Origin: Candidatus Obscuribacteraceae bacterium | Lineage (GTDB): Bacteria; Cyanobacteriota; Vampirovibrionia; Obscuribacterales; Obscuribacteraceae | Length of the DNA stretch: 64,000 bases | Assembly (NCBI GenBank): GCA_044229845.1 | Contig: JBGASG010000007.1 | Coordinates: 221,844 to 285,843 of the forward strand | Reading direction: 5' to 3' | Part shown: positions 48,459-59,144 of the stretch, piece by piece | Layout of the letters: each line of letters begins with the position of its first letter | Position numbering within the stretch: the stretch's first letter is position 1 | Position numbers and translations under genes: made by a program | Notes under the pieces: generated by a model | Told to the model about the DNA's origin: nothing | Seen by the model: only the letters and a program-made list of their open reading frames with translations | Databases searched by the model: none

Positions 48459-50084
48459 TCAGTGGAACCAGAGAGTGAACTGCGTGAAATCCTTGCGCAA
48501 AGCCACTTTGCCGCTCAGCACTGCTTCCCTGCCTAAAGGCGACAGAGAGTTAATCTGTCCGTGCGGACCGATGATCGCCGACGGGCCGGTATTGGCGGCA
48601 AAAACGAAGTAGCGGTCGGTCTCAACGGCGCGCATGACGCTGAAAGCAACCATCTGGTCGCCGATCATCGACTCATGAAACCAGGCTAAGTCGCTGAGAT
48701 TGACCAGCAACTCGCCGCCATTGCGGACGCTGGAAGAAACCAGCTCCGGGGACAGAGTTTCGAAACAGATTAGCGGCGCCACACTTTTGCCCGAAACAGG
48801 CAAAACCACGGGCACCTTGCCGGCGGCGAAGCCACCGCCGGCGGGCGTATTGGTCAGCCGCCGCACCCACTCGGGCAAGTTCTGGCAGCAGGCCGGCAGA
48901 TACTCGCCGAAGGGAACCAGGTAACGCTTATGGTAGACAGCCTCCAGTAATTTACCGTCGGCGCCGACGGCAAAAGCCGAGTTAAAAGGATGCCCATCAA
49001 AGTCGCGGTCCAGTGAACCAATTATCATGTCGCGCCGACCGCTGCGGGCCAGGGATGCCAAGGTCTCGCGCAACGCCGGTTCGGTTTTCAGATAAGTCGG
49101 CATCGCGCTTTCTGTCCAGATGCACAGCCCCGGCGGCACCGCGCTCACCAGTTTGCCGTAGTGGCGCACCAGTTCGCTGAGCGTATAGGCATGCTGAGTC
49201 TTCTGCATTTCGATATTGATATTGCCCTGCACCACTGATAGTGGCAAGCCGGCGGGTGGTTGCGCTTGCGTCAGACGATAAAATCCGAAAGCCAGGCAGG
49301 AGATCACCAGCACGTGCGCGATTAATAAATCGACGAAGGCGATCTGGCGGGTGGGGCTGGCAATGGGTTTCAATGCGGCTTTCTCACTGATCGTAGAAAG
49401 CACTTGCGCGATCGCCAGGTTGACGAAAACGATCAGAGCTCCCAGTCCGATACCGCCGATGATGCTGGCTATCTGCAAAATGGGCAGTTGTTTGTACTGG
49501 GAATATTCCAGTGCTGTCCAGGGCACGCCCAGAAAATCCGGGGCGTTGAGAATCTTGTTTTGCAAGACCACCCAGAGCAGCGGTATTACAGTCAGTGCCG
49601 GCAGTTTCCATTTGTCTTCCACCTTCGCCGGCAGGAAACCACCGGTGGTGGGCAGCACTTTAATCACCAGCGCGACGATGCCGGTGATCAAAGCCTGATG
49701 CGTGGCAACAATCATCCAGGCGGCGGCCGCCAGCAGTATGCTTTCGAAATCGTTGAAGCCCAGCCAACCGAGCGGGTGCAGCTTCAGGTACCAGGTCAGG
49801 TAAACCAGGTTATAGCCGAGCGCGAAGACAAAGCCGCGCAAAAATGCGGCGCCTTTGCTCTTGGCGGAGACAATCAAAAGGAAGAACGGCGAGAGCGCAA
49901 ACCAGGCCAGATACCATTGATCGAAGCCAGGCGCCGACAGACCGAGAATGCCGCCCGCCAGCAAGCTGGTGAGCAGCACCGCCCGCGGTGACAGTTTGAG
50001 AAGAGACGTAGCCCCGCTGGAAGCTGACTTTTTGCTTCCTTTGGATGACGCGGATTTCTTTTTGCTTTTACCTGCCACAGCCAT
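48459..50084 (-). CDS. lnt: apolipoprotein N-acyltransferase
   Basis: Multi-TM N-terminus; VQGNI, WTES, YHKRYLVPFGEY and ICFE nitrilase triad motifs. Confidence 0.92.
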   Translation of the reverse strand: MAVAGKSKKKSASSKGSKKSASSGATSLLKLSPRAVLLTSLLAGGILGLSAPGFDQWYLAWFALSPFFLLIVSAKSKGAAFLRGFVFALGYNLVYLTWYLKLHPLGWLGFNDFESILLAAAAWMIVATHQALITGIVALVIKVLPTTGGFLPAKVEDKWKLPALTVIPLLWVVLQNKILNAPDFLGVPWTALEYSQYKQLPILQIASIIGGIGLGALIVFVNLAIAQVLSTISEKAALKPIASPTRQIAFVDLLIAHVLVISCLAFGFYRLTQAQPPAGLPLSVVQGNINIEMQKTQHAYTLSELVRHYGKLVSAVPPGLCIWTESAMPTYLKTEPALRETLASLARSGRRDMIIGSLDRDFDGHPFNSAFAVGADGKLLEAVYHKRYLVPFGEYLPACCQNLPEWVRRLTNTPAGGGFAAGKVPVVLPVSGKSVAPLICFETLSPELVSSSVRNGGELLVNLSDLAWFHESMIGDQMVAFSVMRAVETDRYFVFAANTGPSAIIGPHGQINSLSPLGREAVLSGKVALRKDFTQFTLWFH

Positions 50085-50114
50085 AGTTTATCTGAGTTTC
50101 CTGAAAGTGAAAGT

Positions 50115-50142
50115 GAGGGGCGAGGTTTAACCCCCGCCCCTC
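50115..50142 (-). terminator. hairpin downstream of recA (possible terminator)
   Basis: Imperfect GC-rich stem with arms gaggggcg and cgcccctc. Confidence 0.4.
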
Positions 50143-50206
50143 TAAGTCGAGATCAATCCGTTTGCCTGAGCGCGGCTGTTCTTGCCGCAGAAGGCTGCAT
50201 GTCCGG

Positions 50207-51394
50207 TTAGCCGTCGCCCGGCTCGACCTTGCCCACCTTGCCCACACCGCGTTCACCGCGTTCAACAGCGGCGCGCACCTTCGTCTCGATTTCCGCCATG
50301 ATCTTAGGATTGGCTTCTAAGAACAGGCGTGCCCCATCGCGACCCTGGGCCAGGCGCTCGTCGTTATAGCTGAACCACGCTCCGGATTTCTTGACGATTT
50401 CCAGTTCGGTTGCCATGTCGAGAATGCAGCCCGAGGTGCTGATGCCGCGGCCGTAGATGATGTCGAACTCGGCAATGCGGAAAGGTGGTGCCATCTTGTT
50501 CTTCACCACTTTCACTTTGACGCGGTTACCGTATTCGGTGCCGTCCTTTTTCAACGTTTCGATGCGACGAATGTCCAGACGTACCGAGGCATAGAACTTG
50601 AGGGCGTTGCCGCCGGTTGTCGTTTCCGGGTTACCAAACATGACACCGATCTTCATGCGCAACTGGTTGATGAAGATGACGCAGGTCTGGGTTTTGGCCA
50701 CGATGCCGGTCAATTTGCGCAGCGCTTGACTCATCAATCGAGCTTGCAGACCGGGGAGCGAATCACCCATTTCGCCTTCGATTTCCGCTTTGGGAACCAG
50801 AGCGGCCACCGAATCGACAATCACCAGATCGACCGCTCCGGACCGCACCAGTTGTTCGGTGATCTCGAGCGCCTGTTCGCCGGTGTCCGGTTGCGAGATG
50901 AGCAGTTCGTCGACATTTACTCCCAGCGCGCGAGCGTATTCGGGGTCCATGGCGTGTTCGGCGTCGACAATGGCAGCGATGCCGCCGCGCTTTTGCACTT
51001 CCGCCGCAACGTGCTGAGCAAGCGTTGTTTTGCCCGAGGCTTCCGGTCCATATATTTCGATGATCCGTCCGCGGGGCAATCCGCCGATGCCGAGCGCCAC
51101 ATCCAGCGCCAGTGCGCCGGTCGGAATCGCTTCCACAGCGCCGTGGCGGGAATCGCCCAGTTTCATGATCGAGCCGTCGCCGAACTGTTTCTTGATGGCG
51201 TCCATAGCCATGCCCAGAGCTTTGACGCGCTCGGGCGGCAGCGGCAGGCGATCTTTATCCTTATCTTTGTTATCCATTTGAGTGGCCGGCGGTTTCTTAT
51301 CCGCTTTGTCGCTGGTCTTGTCGGTTGTTGTGGTGCTGGATTTTTCTGTAGTCGTCGATGATGACGCCATTTTATCCTTGGATGCAAATGCCAT
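50207..51394 (-). CDS. recA: recombinase A with N-terminal extension
   Basis: [28 protein letters not shown] and [12 protein letters not shown] motifs. Confidence 0.97.
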   Translation of the reverse strand: MAFASKDKMASSSTTTEKSSTTTTDKTSDKADKKPPATQMDNKDKDKDRLPLPPERVKALGMAMDAIKKQFGDGSIMKLGDSRHGAVEAIPTGALALDVALGIGGLPRGRIIEIYGPEASGKTTLAQHVAAEVQKRGGIAAIVDAEHAMDPEYARALGVNVDELLISQPDTGEQALEITEQLVRSGAVDLVIVDSVAALVPKAEIEGEMGDSLPGLQARLMSQALRKLTGIVAKTQTCVIFINQLRMKIGVMFGNPETTTGGNALKFYASVRLDIRRIETLKKDGTEYGNRVKVKVVKNKMAPPFRIAEFDIIYGRGISTSGCILDMATELEIVKKSGAWFSYNDERLAQGRDGARLFLEANPKIMAEIETKVRAAVERGERGVGKVGKVEPGDG

Positions 51395-51779
51395 TTGTTT
51401 TTCTCTCTCCTGGTGAGTGACAAGAATTCGTGCGACTTTGATCGCTATATCGATGAAGTATCGATCGCGGAAACCCGGTATATATGAGGCATACACGCCA
51501 TTTTCGCGCGCCCACAACAGGGCCGATTATAGCCGCAGGCAGCACCAGGACTAGATTAAACGTGCTGAGGCGGAACTACACAAAAAGCAGCAAACTGGCG
51601 AATTACTGCCGTGTTATGTCTGCGCGAGCGTTTCAAAGATCGCGTCACGGGTATAAAAAGGTTGCTTACCTTACAAATCCTCGCTTTAGGGTCGGTAATC
51701 AGATAACGTCGCCGACGACGAAAAAGTTCAGTACTTTGTAAGTCGTCTTTTGCGGCAAGCCAGGCGGGTCGGCGGAGTT

Positions 51780-52559
51780 GTGCACCCCTTGAATACACGC
51801 CAAGACAGCAGAACCCCTGCCAAGCTTTCTGTTCTGCGGCAAAGCGAGATCTTCGACTCGTTCAATGCCATGGAAATGGCGCGCCTGCTGGGCATTGTCG
51901 AAGAGATGGAATTGCCCAAGCACCATATCGTCTTCTCTCCGGGGATGCCATCGGACGCTATCTACTTCATCGAACAGGGACGCGTGCGATTGACGCGGCT
52001 GTCGCCGGATGGGCGCACCGTCATATTGGCACTGCTCGGTCCGGGCGATTTGATCGGCGAAGCCGCCTGGGACCTGGGTGAACACGACAGCTATGCCGAG
52101 ACGCTCGAGGAAGCACGACTTTATCTGATCTCGCGCGAGGCGTTTGAATCCCTGGTCAGGCAAAATCCGGAGTTCGGGCTGCGCTTGATTCAAGTGATTG
52201 GATTTCGCTTGAAACAAGCGCAGGCGCGTATTGAAGATCTGGTGTTCCGGCAGGTACCCAGCCGTGTGGCGCGACTCTTCGTGACGCTGGCAGAGAATCA
52301 TGGCAAAGTGACACCGCAAGGCATCAAGCTGGAATTTCCTCTCACGCATCAAGAAATCGCGGATATGGTCGGCTCGTCGCGTGTCACTGTCACGCAGATA
52401 TTGAACAAGTTTCGCTCCAATCGCTGGATCGGCATCGAATCCAAGCGCGTGACAATCTACAACCTGGATGCCCTGGAAGCCCTCGTAAAGAGCGATCAGT
52501 GCTTCCTGAAGAACGGCGACGGCGCCCACGACGCCGAATACGAAGAAGAGATCGTATAA
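51780..52559 (+). CDS. Crp/Fnr-family transcriptional regulator
   Basis: cNMP-binding domain (LGPGDLIGE) and HTH LTHQEIADMVGSSRVTVT; start approximate. Confidence 0.9.
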   Translation: MHPLNTRQDSRTPAKLSVLRQSEIFDSFNAMEMARLLGIVEEMELPKHHIVFSPGMPSDAIYFIEQGRVRLTRLSPDGRTVILALLGPGDLIGEAAWDLGEHDSYAETLEEARLYLISREAFESLVRQNPEFGLRLIQVIGFRLKQAQARIEDLVFRQVPSRVARLFVTLAENHGKVTPQGIKLEFPLTHQEIADMVGSSRVTVTQILNKFRSNRWIGIESKRVTIYNLDALEALVKSDQCFLKNGDGAHDAEYEEEIV

Positions 52560-52573
52560 TACTGACACCCTCT

Positions 52574-52647
52574 GTGCTCGTAGCTCAGCTGGATAGAGCG
52601 TCGGTCTCCGAAGCCGAAGGCCTTGAGTTCGAATCTCAACGAGCACG
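52574..52647 (+). tRNA. tRNA-Arg(CCG)
   Basis: GTGCTCGTAGCTCAGCTGGATAGAGCG-TCGGT-CTCCGAA-GCCGA...GTTCGAATC...CGAGCACG. Confidence 0.95.
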
Positions 52648-52650
52648 TTT

Positions 52651-53760
52651 TTATTCGATACCACCAGCGGTGCTGGTTTCAGTGGCAGTGCCGGTTCTGC
52701 TTCGCCGCTCGATCAGCGCTTTTATATGTTCGATGCGTTCAGCCGGCATCGGGTGTGTCGAGAGCATGGAGAGGGCTTTGCCGTTCGCCAGCGGATCTTG
52801 TTTCTCGATGCGCTGGAAAAATTCCACAATGCCGTCGGGACGATAGCCGGCCGCGCTGGTCAGGTCTACGGAAACTTCATCGGCCTCGGTTTCCTGCTTG
52901 CGGCTAAATTGCAGGTCTTCGAGGTTGACCATGGTTGAGATCAAGGTCAACTGATCCTGGGAGGGATGACCGGTGATAAAACTGATGCACACCCAGATGC
53001 CGGCGCTGCGCAGAGCCGCTTTCAACGAATGACGTTTTTCCACGTGCCCGATTTCGTGCGCGAGCACGCCGGCTAGCTCATCATCGCTTTTCGCTTCCTG
53101 AACCAAATGCGAGTTGACGATGATATTGCCGCCGGGCAGTGCGTAGGCGTTGATCTCGTCGCTCGGTGCTACGTAGAAATTGAAGTGATAGGGATTGTTT
53201 TTGTAATGAGCGAGCAGCTTATCGCCGATGGTTTTGACTCTTTGATATGCGGCGCTTTTCTGCTCCAGTTTCTTGTCCGGTTTGTCCCGGTCAACTGACA
53301 GCTTGCCCAGCTGCTCTTCCGAATCCGGCGGGATTTGTTTTTCGGCTATCCCCACCGCCAGATCCACGCCCGCGAAAATCGAGGCGCCAATGGCGGCAAC
53401 CAGAACGACGGTCACCGCCCACCATTTGGCCTCCTGCCAGGGCGCTGATTTGATTTGCCGGCGCGCCTGCGTCAGTTGACCCTGCAGAAGAGTTGCTTGT
53501 GATTCCGTGGACGATGACGACAGTGCGTCGAGAAATTTGAGGTCTTCAGTCAAGTAAGTATCGCCGCTGGATTTGCTGGACAGTATGATGCGCCGGCCGT
53601 TCTGTCCGCCCAGCCTCATCTCCAGATCGGTAAGCGGCACGAACTCGGGCGGCCCGCCGTGATCTTTGATCTGCAGCAGTCCGCCGTCCACGCCAATCTT
53701 GACCGGCCTGCCGTCGGCGGAACCGGACGCATACTTGCGGGCGTCAAACTCCTGCAGCAT
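52651..53760 (-). CDS. M48-family metallopeptidase
   Basis: INAYALPGG, LAHEIGH (HEXXH), FSRKQETEAD and STHP motifs. Confidence 0.9.
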   Translation of the reverse strand: MLQEFDARKYASGSADGRPVKIGVDGGLLQIKDHGGPPEFVPLTDLEMRLGGQNGRRIILSSKSSGDTYLTEDLKFLDALSSSSTESQATLLQGQLTQARRQIKSAPWQEAKWWAVTVVLVAAIGASIFAGVDLAVGIAEKQIPPDSEEQLGKLSVDRDKPDKKLEQKSAAYQRVKTIGDKLLAHYKNNPYHFNFYVAPSDEINAYALPGGNIIVNSHLVQEAKSDDELAGVLAHEIGHVEKRHSLKAALRSAGIWVCISFITGHPSQDQLTLISTMVNLEDLQFSRKQETEADEVSVDLTSAAGYRPDGIVEFFQRIEKQDPLANGKALSMLSTHPMPAERIEHIKALIERRSRTGTATETSTAGGIE

Positions 53761-53761
53761 T

Positions 53762-54484
53762 TTAGAAGCTGTCCATGATGATGCCGATGATGCCACCACC
53801 TCTGGCGGCAGGTACGAAACGCTTCACCCAGGTGCCGAAGGCCTGAGGATTGCGCGTCTGCAACCAAACGCGGCCCGGTCCGGTGAAACGACAGGCCAGC
53901 CCTTCGCCGGAAGTAAATGAAGACATCCATGTTTTGCCGGCCTTCTCGATTTTGTAGGACGTGTCGCCCGACCAGGCCACCAGATGTCCGTTGTCGATGA
54001 TGTAGTCCTGACCGGCGGGAATCTCCACCTCATGAATGGCGCCGAAGGAAGAAACCGCGATGTGCCCTTTGCCCGTGGCATGCAGTACGAAAAGGCCTTC
54101 ACCGCCGAACAGTCCTTGCGAAATCTTTTGCATGCGCGTGTCGATCATAATGTCGCCCAGGCTGGCTAGAAACGCCCCACCCTGGACGAAGAAATCCTGA
54201 CCGTTGGTCATGTCGAGGATCACCACGTCTCCCAGCACGGAAGGCGCCAGCAACACCTCACCGGCTCCATGCTCGGCTTTGACGGTCTGCATGAATAAGT
54301 TCTCGCCGCCCAGGACTGATCTTTTTAAAGCCTTGCCCCAGCCGCCCATGCCGACGTTGCCGCTGATCGTCAGTGTGTGGCTTTTAGCCACCATGGCGCC
54401 GGCTTCGGCGCGCACTTCTTCGCCGGCATCCAACTTGACCACCAGGAGCGCATTGCTGCCGCGGTGCTGAATGTTGTACTCCAT
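53762..54484 (-). CDS. AIM24/TIGR00266 family protein
   Basis: AEAGAMV, GGENLF, GGEGLF, DNGHLVAW and FTGPGRVWLQTRN motifs. Confidence 0.9.
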   Translation of the reverse strand: MEYNIQHRGSNALLVVKLDAGEEVRAEAGAMVAKSHTLTISGNVGMGGWGKALKRSVLGGENLFMQTVKAEHGAGEVLLAPSVLGDVVILDMTNGQDFFVQGGAFLASLGDIMIDTRMQKISQGLFGGEGLFVLHATGKGHIAVSSFGAIHEVEIPAGQDYIIDNGHLVAWSGDTSYKIEKAGKTWMSSFTSGEGLACRFTGPGRVWLQTRNPQAFGTWVKRFVPAARGGGIIGIIMDSF

Positions 54485-54499
54485 GCCAACTCCTTTATT

Positions 54500-55072
54500 T
54501 CACTGGGCTTCCAGCAAGCCGGGCAACTCCACCACTTCCAGGCGGCGACCTTTGAGGTCGACCACCGGCACCAGATCTTTGACGAACGGCACGAGGACGG
54601 TCTTGTCCGGCGGGTCGTCCGGGCGGCGAATTTCCAGCACGTCATTGCCACCATATATGATGCTGCACACCTGACCGACAAACTGACCGGCGGTCGTGTA
54701 AACATCGAGCCCCACCAGATCTTTTACCCAGAACTCTTCGGTCTCCAGCGCCTGCAGTTCTTCCGGTCGCACGTACAGAAGGGCGCCCAGAAGCGGCTCG
54801 ACGGCGTTGCGGTCTTTGTAGCCGGCAAAGCGCAAGAAGAGCGTGCGCTTGTCCGCGCGTCGGGACGAGACTTGCAACTTGAAAGTCTCCGCGCCCTCTG
54901 CCTGCTGCGCGACGACTTCTTTAATTCCGAGCAGCAGTTGCAGATTGTTGGTCTGCGGTTTAATCTTCACTTCACCGGCGACACCGTGGAATCCGACGAT
55001 TTCCCCAACCGCGAAAAAATCCGCGAACTGCGATCTCGATCGGTCTCGATCTCGGTCCGGGGTGATTGTCAT
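54500..55072 (-). CDS. rimM: 16S rRNA processing protein RimM
   Basis: VGEIVGFHGVAGEVKI, FWVKDLVGLDV, GGNDVL and LVPFV motifs. Confidence 0.92.
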   Translation of the reverse strand: MTITPDRDRDRSRSQFADFFAVGEIVGFHGVAGEVKIKPQTNNLQLLLGIKEVVAQQAEGAETFKLQVSSRRADKRTLFLRFAGYKDRNAVEPLLGALLYVRPEELQALETEEFWVKDLVGLDVYTTAGQFVGQVCSIIYGGNDVLEIRRPDDPPDKTVLVPFVKDLVPVVDLKGRRLEVVELPGLLEAQ

Positions 55073-55701
55073 TTCTGTGCAGCCGGCAGTGGTTTTGCCT
55101 GTCCCTTCCAGCGTTTGAAAAGGCTGTGATCGAAATTGAACTGGTCGAGCACGCGGCCGACAACGAAGTCCACCATGTCCGAAATACTTTCAGGTTTATG
55201 GTAGAAACCCGGCGAGGCGCATGCCACCACGGCTCCAGCTTCGGAAAGGGTGAGCATGTGACGCAGTTGAATCTGCCCGAACGGCATCTCGCGCAGCAGC
55301 AGCAGCAGCGTGCGCCTTTCTTTGAGAGAAACAGCCGCAGCCCGGTGAATCAAGCTTTCGGTCAGTCCGGAGGCCACGGAACCCAGTGTGCCCAGAGAGC
55401 ACGGCACAATCGCCATTCCCAGCGTCTTGTACGAACCGCTGGCCACCGACGCGCCATAGTTGTCCAGCCGGTGCAACGTGAGCGGCGATGAAGTGGGCAG
55501 ACTCAAATACGATAGCAGTCCCTTCTCCAGATCTTCGCCAAAGCTGAGATCCATCTCTTCCTTCATCACTTGTTGAGCGCCGCGGGAGATCAGCAGTTCA
55601 ACGGGCTGCTCGATTTCCAGCAAGTATTGCAAGAGACGCAGTCCATAGACAGAACCGGAGGCTCCGGTGATCGCTAAGACGAATGGCAGCGACTTGTCCA
55701 T
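55069..55701 (-). CDS. ubiX: flavin prenyltransferase UbiX
   Basis: AITGASGSVYG, ASGS, PCSLGTL, SLKERR, REMP and PGFY motifs. Confidence 0.93.
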   Translation of the reverse strand: MDKSLPFVLAITGASGSVYGLRLLQYLLEIEQPVELLISRGAQQVMKEEMDLSFGEDLEKGLLSYLSLPTSSPLTLHRLDNYGASVASGSYKTLGMAIVPCSLGTLGSVASGLTESLIHRAAAVSLKERRTLLLLLREMPFGQIQLRHMLTLSEAGAVVACASPGFYHKPESISDMVDFVVGRVLDQFNFDHSLFKRWKGQAKPLPAAQK

Positions 55702-55722
55702 GATCGTGACGGCGAGGTCTCT

Positions 55723-56640
55723 CTAGAAGGAATCATCCGGTTGCGAGCGCGGGGCTTGCGGTGCGCCACCACCAACGGTGGCGCCTCGCTGTTTGGTGGA
55801 GGCGGGTAGTTCTTCTTCCTGCACCTCTTCCTCCAGCGACGTCACCGGTACTCCGGCGTTTTGCGGGGTGATGCCGATCTTGAAAGGAGCATTCAGGCGC
55901 ACGGTCATCGGCGAACCTTCGTAAATGAAGTAGTCACGCTTTTTGAGTACCAGTGAGCGAATCAGAGAGTCCTCGTGGTACTTGCGCTCGTCGTCCAGTC
56001 CGTAAATGGCGTCTTTGAGCATCTCTTTCTTTTTCATCACTTTCGCAGCCTGACCCGGGCGCTGCCGACTGGTACCGGGAGCGCCCGGCGCGACCGACTC
56101 GAAGGAGGCGTTTGATCCCACATAGGCGACACTGGTGCCCAGCGGTGTTTTGCGCGACCGACCGCCGCCGCCGCGAGCGTCCACTTCACCGGCAACCGAT
56201 GCCACCATAGGGTAGGTGACGCCGTCGGGAGTCTGCAGCCCGGTCAGCTGTATGCGCAACTTGCCGCGCGGTTTCGGCTGCACTTTCTTTTTATATGGGA
56301 CGCGGCCGGAAGGCACTGCTTCCACCACTTCGCCCAAAATCTTGGAACCGGCAGGAATCAGCACGTCTACTCCGTTGGCGAGCACCGGCGACGACATGAT
56401 GATGTTGAACGACTGACCGGCATGGCTTTGCGTGGAGCTGAGGGTTTGATCCACTCGGCCTTCGAATGTGGTGCCGACAGGCATGACCACGGTTTTGCCG
56501 GACATCGATGAGGGAGCCCGGTAGTTTTTGCCGAACTCAGTGCGCTGCGCAGTTTTTGCCAGAGCGGACGGCGCACTGGTGGTGACCAGTGATGCCACCA
56601 TCAGTGATGTCGCGAGCAAAATCGAGATGTTTCTTGCCAT
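55723..56640 (-). CDS. secreted hypothetical protein (TrbI/VirB10-like beta domain possible)
   Basis: Signal peptide; PVGTTF...LSS...AGQ...LIPAGSKILGEV pattern. Confidence 0.65.
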   Translation of the reverse strand: MARNISILLATSLMVASLVTTSAPSALAKTAQRTEFGKNYRAPSSMSGKTVVMPVGTTFEGRVDQTLSSTQSHAGQSFNIIMSSPVLANGVDVLIPAGSKILGEVVEAVPSGRVPYKKKVQPKPRGKLRIQLTGLQTPDGVTYPMVASVAGEVDARGGGGRSRKTPLGTSVAYVGSNASFESVAPGAPGTSRQRPGQAAKVMKKKEMLKDAIYGLDDERKYHEDSLIRSLVLKKRDYFIYEGSPMTVRLNAPFKIGITPQNAGVPVTSLEEEVQEEELPASTKQRGATVGGGAPQAPRSQPDDSF

Positions 56641-56655
56641 GTCCTGCAGCCTCTG

Positions 56656-56928
56656 CTAATTTCTGTTGTGCACTTCGCTTTCTTCGCCGTGTTTACCGTT
56701 GCCGTTGCTTTCCACCTGGATATCTGCGGCCGCCTTCGACTGCACGCCGCGCATCCAATTGATAATCACCGCTGCGCCGATGGCCAGCGCCAGCACCACA
56801 CCGATGAATACCGCAACACGCAATACACCGGCTGCAAATGAGAAGACCTGCGGCAGAACTACCATAACTGCCGCCAGCACTATCACTGCGCCGCCGGCCA
56901 TCTTCAACATCTGTGCTTTGTCTTTCAT
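56656..56928 (-). CDS. small membrane protein
   Basis: Two hydrophobic helices; co-directional gene run. Confidence 0.55.
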   Translation of the reverse strand: MKDKAQMLKMAGGAVIVLAAVMVVLPQVFSFAAGVLRVAVFIGVVLALAIGAAVIINWMRGVQSKAAADIQVESNGNGKHGEESEVHNRN

Positions 56929-56940
56929 GGACTTTCTTTC

Positions 56941-57372
56941 TTACACGTAATAGTCCGGTTTGTTCAGCATCGGTTCCAGACGGGCAATCACCACCTGCGA
57001 AACCACCTTGCCGCCCAGCCACCAGGCACCAAATATGGCGCCGGGCACCAGAAACACCCGCACCAGTTGCGGCACCAGCGGATAGAAAACCACCAGCGCG
57101 AGCGTCGTGACACCAATAGTAATAATGACCGAGGCCTTGGTAATCAGACTTTCCTGCTCAGTGCGATTCATGCGGATGAACGCTTCGCGCAGAATGCGCT
57201 TGTAGGTCAGCCAGGCTTCGGAAAGTTTGGTTTTACCCTTTTTGTAGCCTGCCGTGTCGGTCAGGCTCTTCGGCGGTGCGGGTACCCGCGGATCTCGATC
57301 CGGACCGAAGTCCGATGATCCGCCGTCGGAACCAGGATTCCTTTTCGGACCGCTTGCGCGTCCTTTAGCCAT
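56941..57372 (-). CDS. hypothetical membrane protein
   Basis: AAGGAG RBS before ATG 57372; two TM segments. Confidence 0.6.
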   Translation of the reverse strand: MAKGRASGPKRNPGSDGGSSDFGPDRDPRVPAPPKSLTDTAGYKKGKTKLSEAWLTYKRILREAFIRMNRTEQESLITKASVIITIGVTTLALVVFYPLVPQLVRVFLVPGAIFGAWWLGGKVVSQVVIARLEPMLNKPDYYV

Positions 57373-57391
57373 TTTGGCACTCCTTTCCATC

Positions 57392-59137
57392 CTACTTACC
57401 TTTACCTGCCTTTTGCTTCAACTTGGCGAGGTTGGCTTCCACCTCTTTGCGCTGAGGATTTGAATCGTCCGCAGCTTCGAGAAAACAGTTGGCGTTGCTG
57501 ATTGCGAGATCCGGATCCGGTTGTTTGCTCTTCGTATATAAGTTGAACAACCCGTAGTATGCACCAGCAAACTGTGGATCTGCAATCAACGCCTGCCGAT
57601 AATGATCCACCGCCACTTCCGGAATGGTGAAAGTTGCGTCTCCCAGCTTGGTTTGCCGTTTGGCTTCATTCCTCTGACTGTTAATCTTGCTAATACCCTG
57701 TTCGGCCCGCGAAGCCACTTCCGGGATTTCCTTTGCGTAGTTGAAAGCCTGCTCCGCGGAAGACAGATCGCCGTCGTAGAAAGCTTGCTCGCCCAGCGTC
57801 AAGAGCTCATAAGGACTTTCCTTGTGCGTGTTGATCACCTGCTGGAAGTGACGGCGCGCTTCGCGGAAGCGGTTTTGAGCCAGCGCTTTCTCGCCTTCTG
57901 ATAATTCGATGCCGTCCTGCAGATTTTTAGCGCCCTTGAGCACGGTGCCTTTGACACTATGCTCGGTGACAATTGTCTGCAGTTGATCCATCAGCTGCTG
58001 CCAACCCGGCGGATACTGACCTTCCTTGCGGGCTTTGCGAAAATAGACGCGGGACAGTCCCAGCAAAGCTGAAGGGTCATCGGGCTGGCTGGCCAGCACC
58101 GTCCGATATTCGGTTTCGGCCACATCCAATTTGTCCTGGCGCAATGCCAACTCAGCAAGCTGGCTGCGCAGGCGCATGTCGTTGGGGAGAATTTCCAGCG
58201 CGTCATGCAGTCCGGCAATCGCCATTTCGCCGTCGCCGCGCATCGCGTAATACTCAGCCATGTGCCGGTAGGGTTCCGGTCCATGCGGCTCCAGGCGAAT
58301 CGCCTCACGCCAGGAAGCCAGCGCCGCTGGTCCGTCGCCTTGTTTCTTGTAGATGTCGCCTTCCACCGTGTACCAATCATTGGTTCGGTAGTTCTGCGGA
58401 ATATTGCGCAACTCCATAAATGCGTCTTCGTACTTGCCCTGGGCGTTCAGGACCACCGCCTTTTGCAAGCGTGCCGGATGGTAAGTGTTATCCATGGACA
58501 ACGCCTGCTCAACCAGTTTTGCTCCTTCTGCATCTTTGGGATCGATTTTCAGAAGTGCAGCGGCAAGCAGTGAAACGTTGACGGCATTCTCACTCAGTTC
58601 AACTGATTTGCGGAACGGCTCCACCGCCCCTTCCTCATCATCTTGGGCAACTTTCACCAGTCCCAGCGTCTGCCAGGCAATCAAGATAGATGGGTTGGCC
58701 TGAGTGGCTCGTTTGCAGAGCGTCTCGGCTGCCTCTAAATATTGATCGCGTTTAGCTGGCGAAGCAACGTTTTTCGAGTGCACGAATGAAACGTAGCCCC
58801 CGGCTGCCATCAAATTCGGGTTGTCGGCGTACTCGCCGCGCGCCTTACGCAAGACCTTTTCTGCTTCGAGAATTTTGGAAGGCCAGGCCTGTTTGGCAAG
58901 GGCCACGGCCAGTCCTGCGGAGGCATCTCCGTTGGAGTCGTCGGCGACCAGCCCGCGATAAGCTTCTTCCGCCTGCTTGTACTTGTTGGAACTTAGCAGG
59001 CTATCGGCTTCGGTAATATCACCTTCTGCAAAGGCCGCCGAAATGCCGGGTCCGACATGAACCGCGATGCCGATGGAAAGCGCCAGCGAGGCAGTAGTTA
59101 GAGATGTGACGAAACGTTTGATGCGCGGAGTCTCCAT
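57392..59137 (-). CDS. secreted TPR protein
   Basis: Signal peptide and multiple TPR-like repeats. Confidence 0.8.
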   Translation of the reverse strand: METPRIKRFVTSLTTASLALSIGIAVHVGPGISAAFAEGDITEADSLLSSNKYKQAEEAYRGLVADDSNGDASAGLAVALAKQAWPSKILEAEKVLRKARGEYADNPNLMAAGGYVSFVHSKNVASPAKRDQYLEAAETLCKRATQANPSILIAWQTLGLVKVAQDDEEGAVEPFRKSVELSENAVNVSLLAAALLKIDPKDAEGAKLVEQALSMDNTYHPARLQKAVVLNAQGKYEDAFMELRNIPQNYRTNDWYTVEGDIYKKQGDGPAALASWREAIRLEPHGPEPYRHMAEYYAMRGDGEMAIAGLHDALEILPNDMRLRSQLAELALRQDKLDVAETEYRTVLASQPDDPSALLGLSRVYFRKARKEGQYPPGWQQLMDQLQTIVTEHSVKGTVLKGAKNLQDGIELSEGEKALAQNRFREARRHFQQVINTHKESPYELLTLGEQAFYDGDLSSAEQAFNYAKEIPEVASRAEQGISKINSQRNEAKRQTKLGDATFTIPEVAVDHYRQALIADPQFAGAYYGLFNLYTKSKQPDPDLAISNANCFLEAADDSNPQRKEVEANLAKLKQKAGKGK

Positions 59138-59144
59138 TACTTCG

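Noticed and set aside
51400..51780. LexA/SOS box upstream of recA, or the palindrome as an SOS box
   Set aside because: There is no convincing match to LexA consensus sequences I know, and the palindrome is absent upstream of recA
58103..58115. CCGATATTCGGTT inside a TPR gene as a 16th repeat copy
   Set aside because: It is imperfect, lacks the conserved arms and is explained by coding sequence (AETEYRT)
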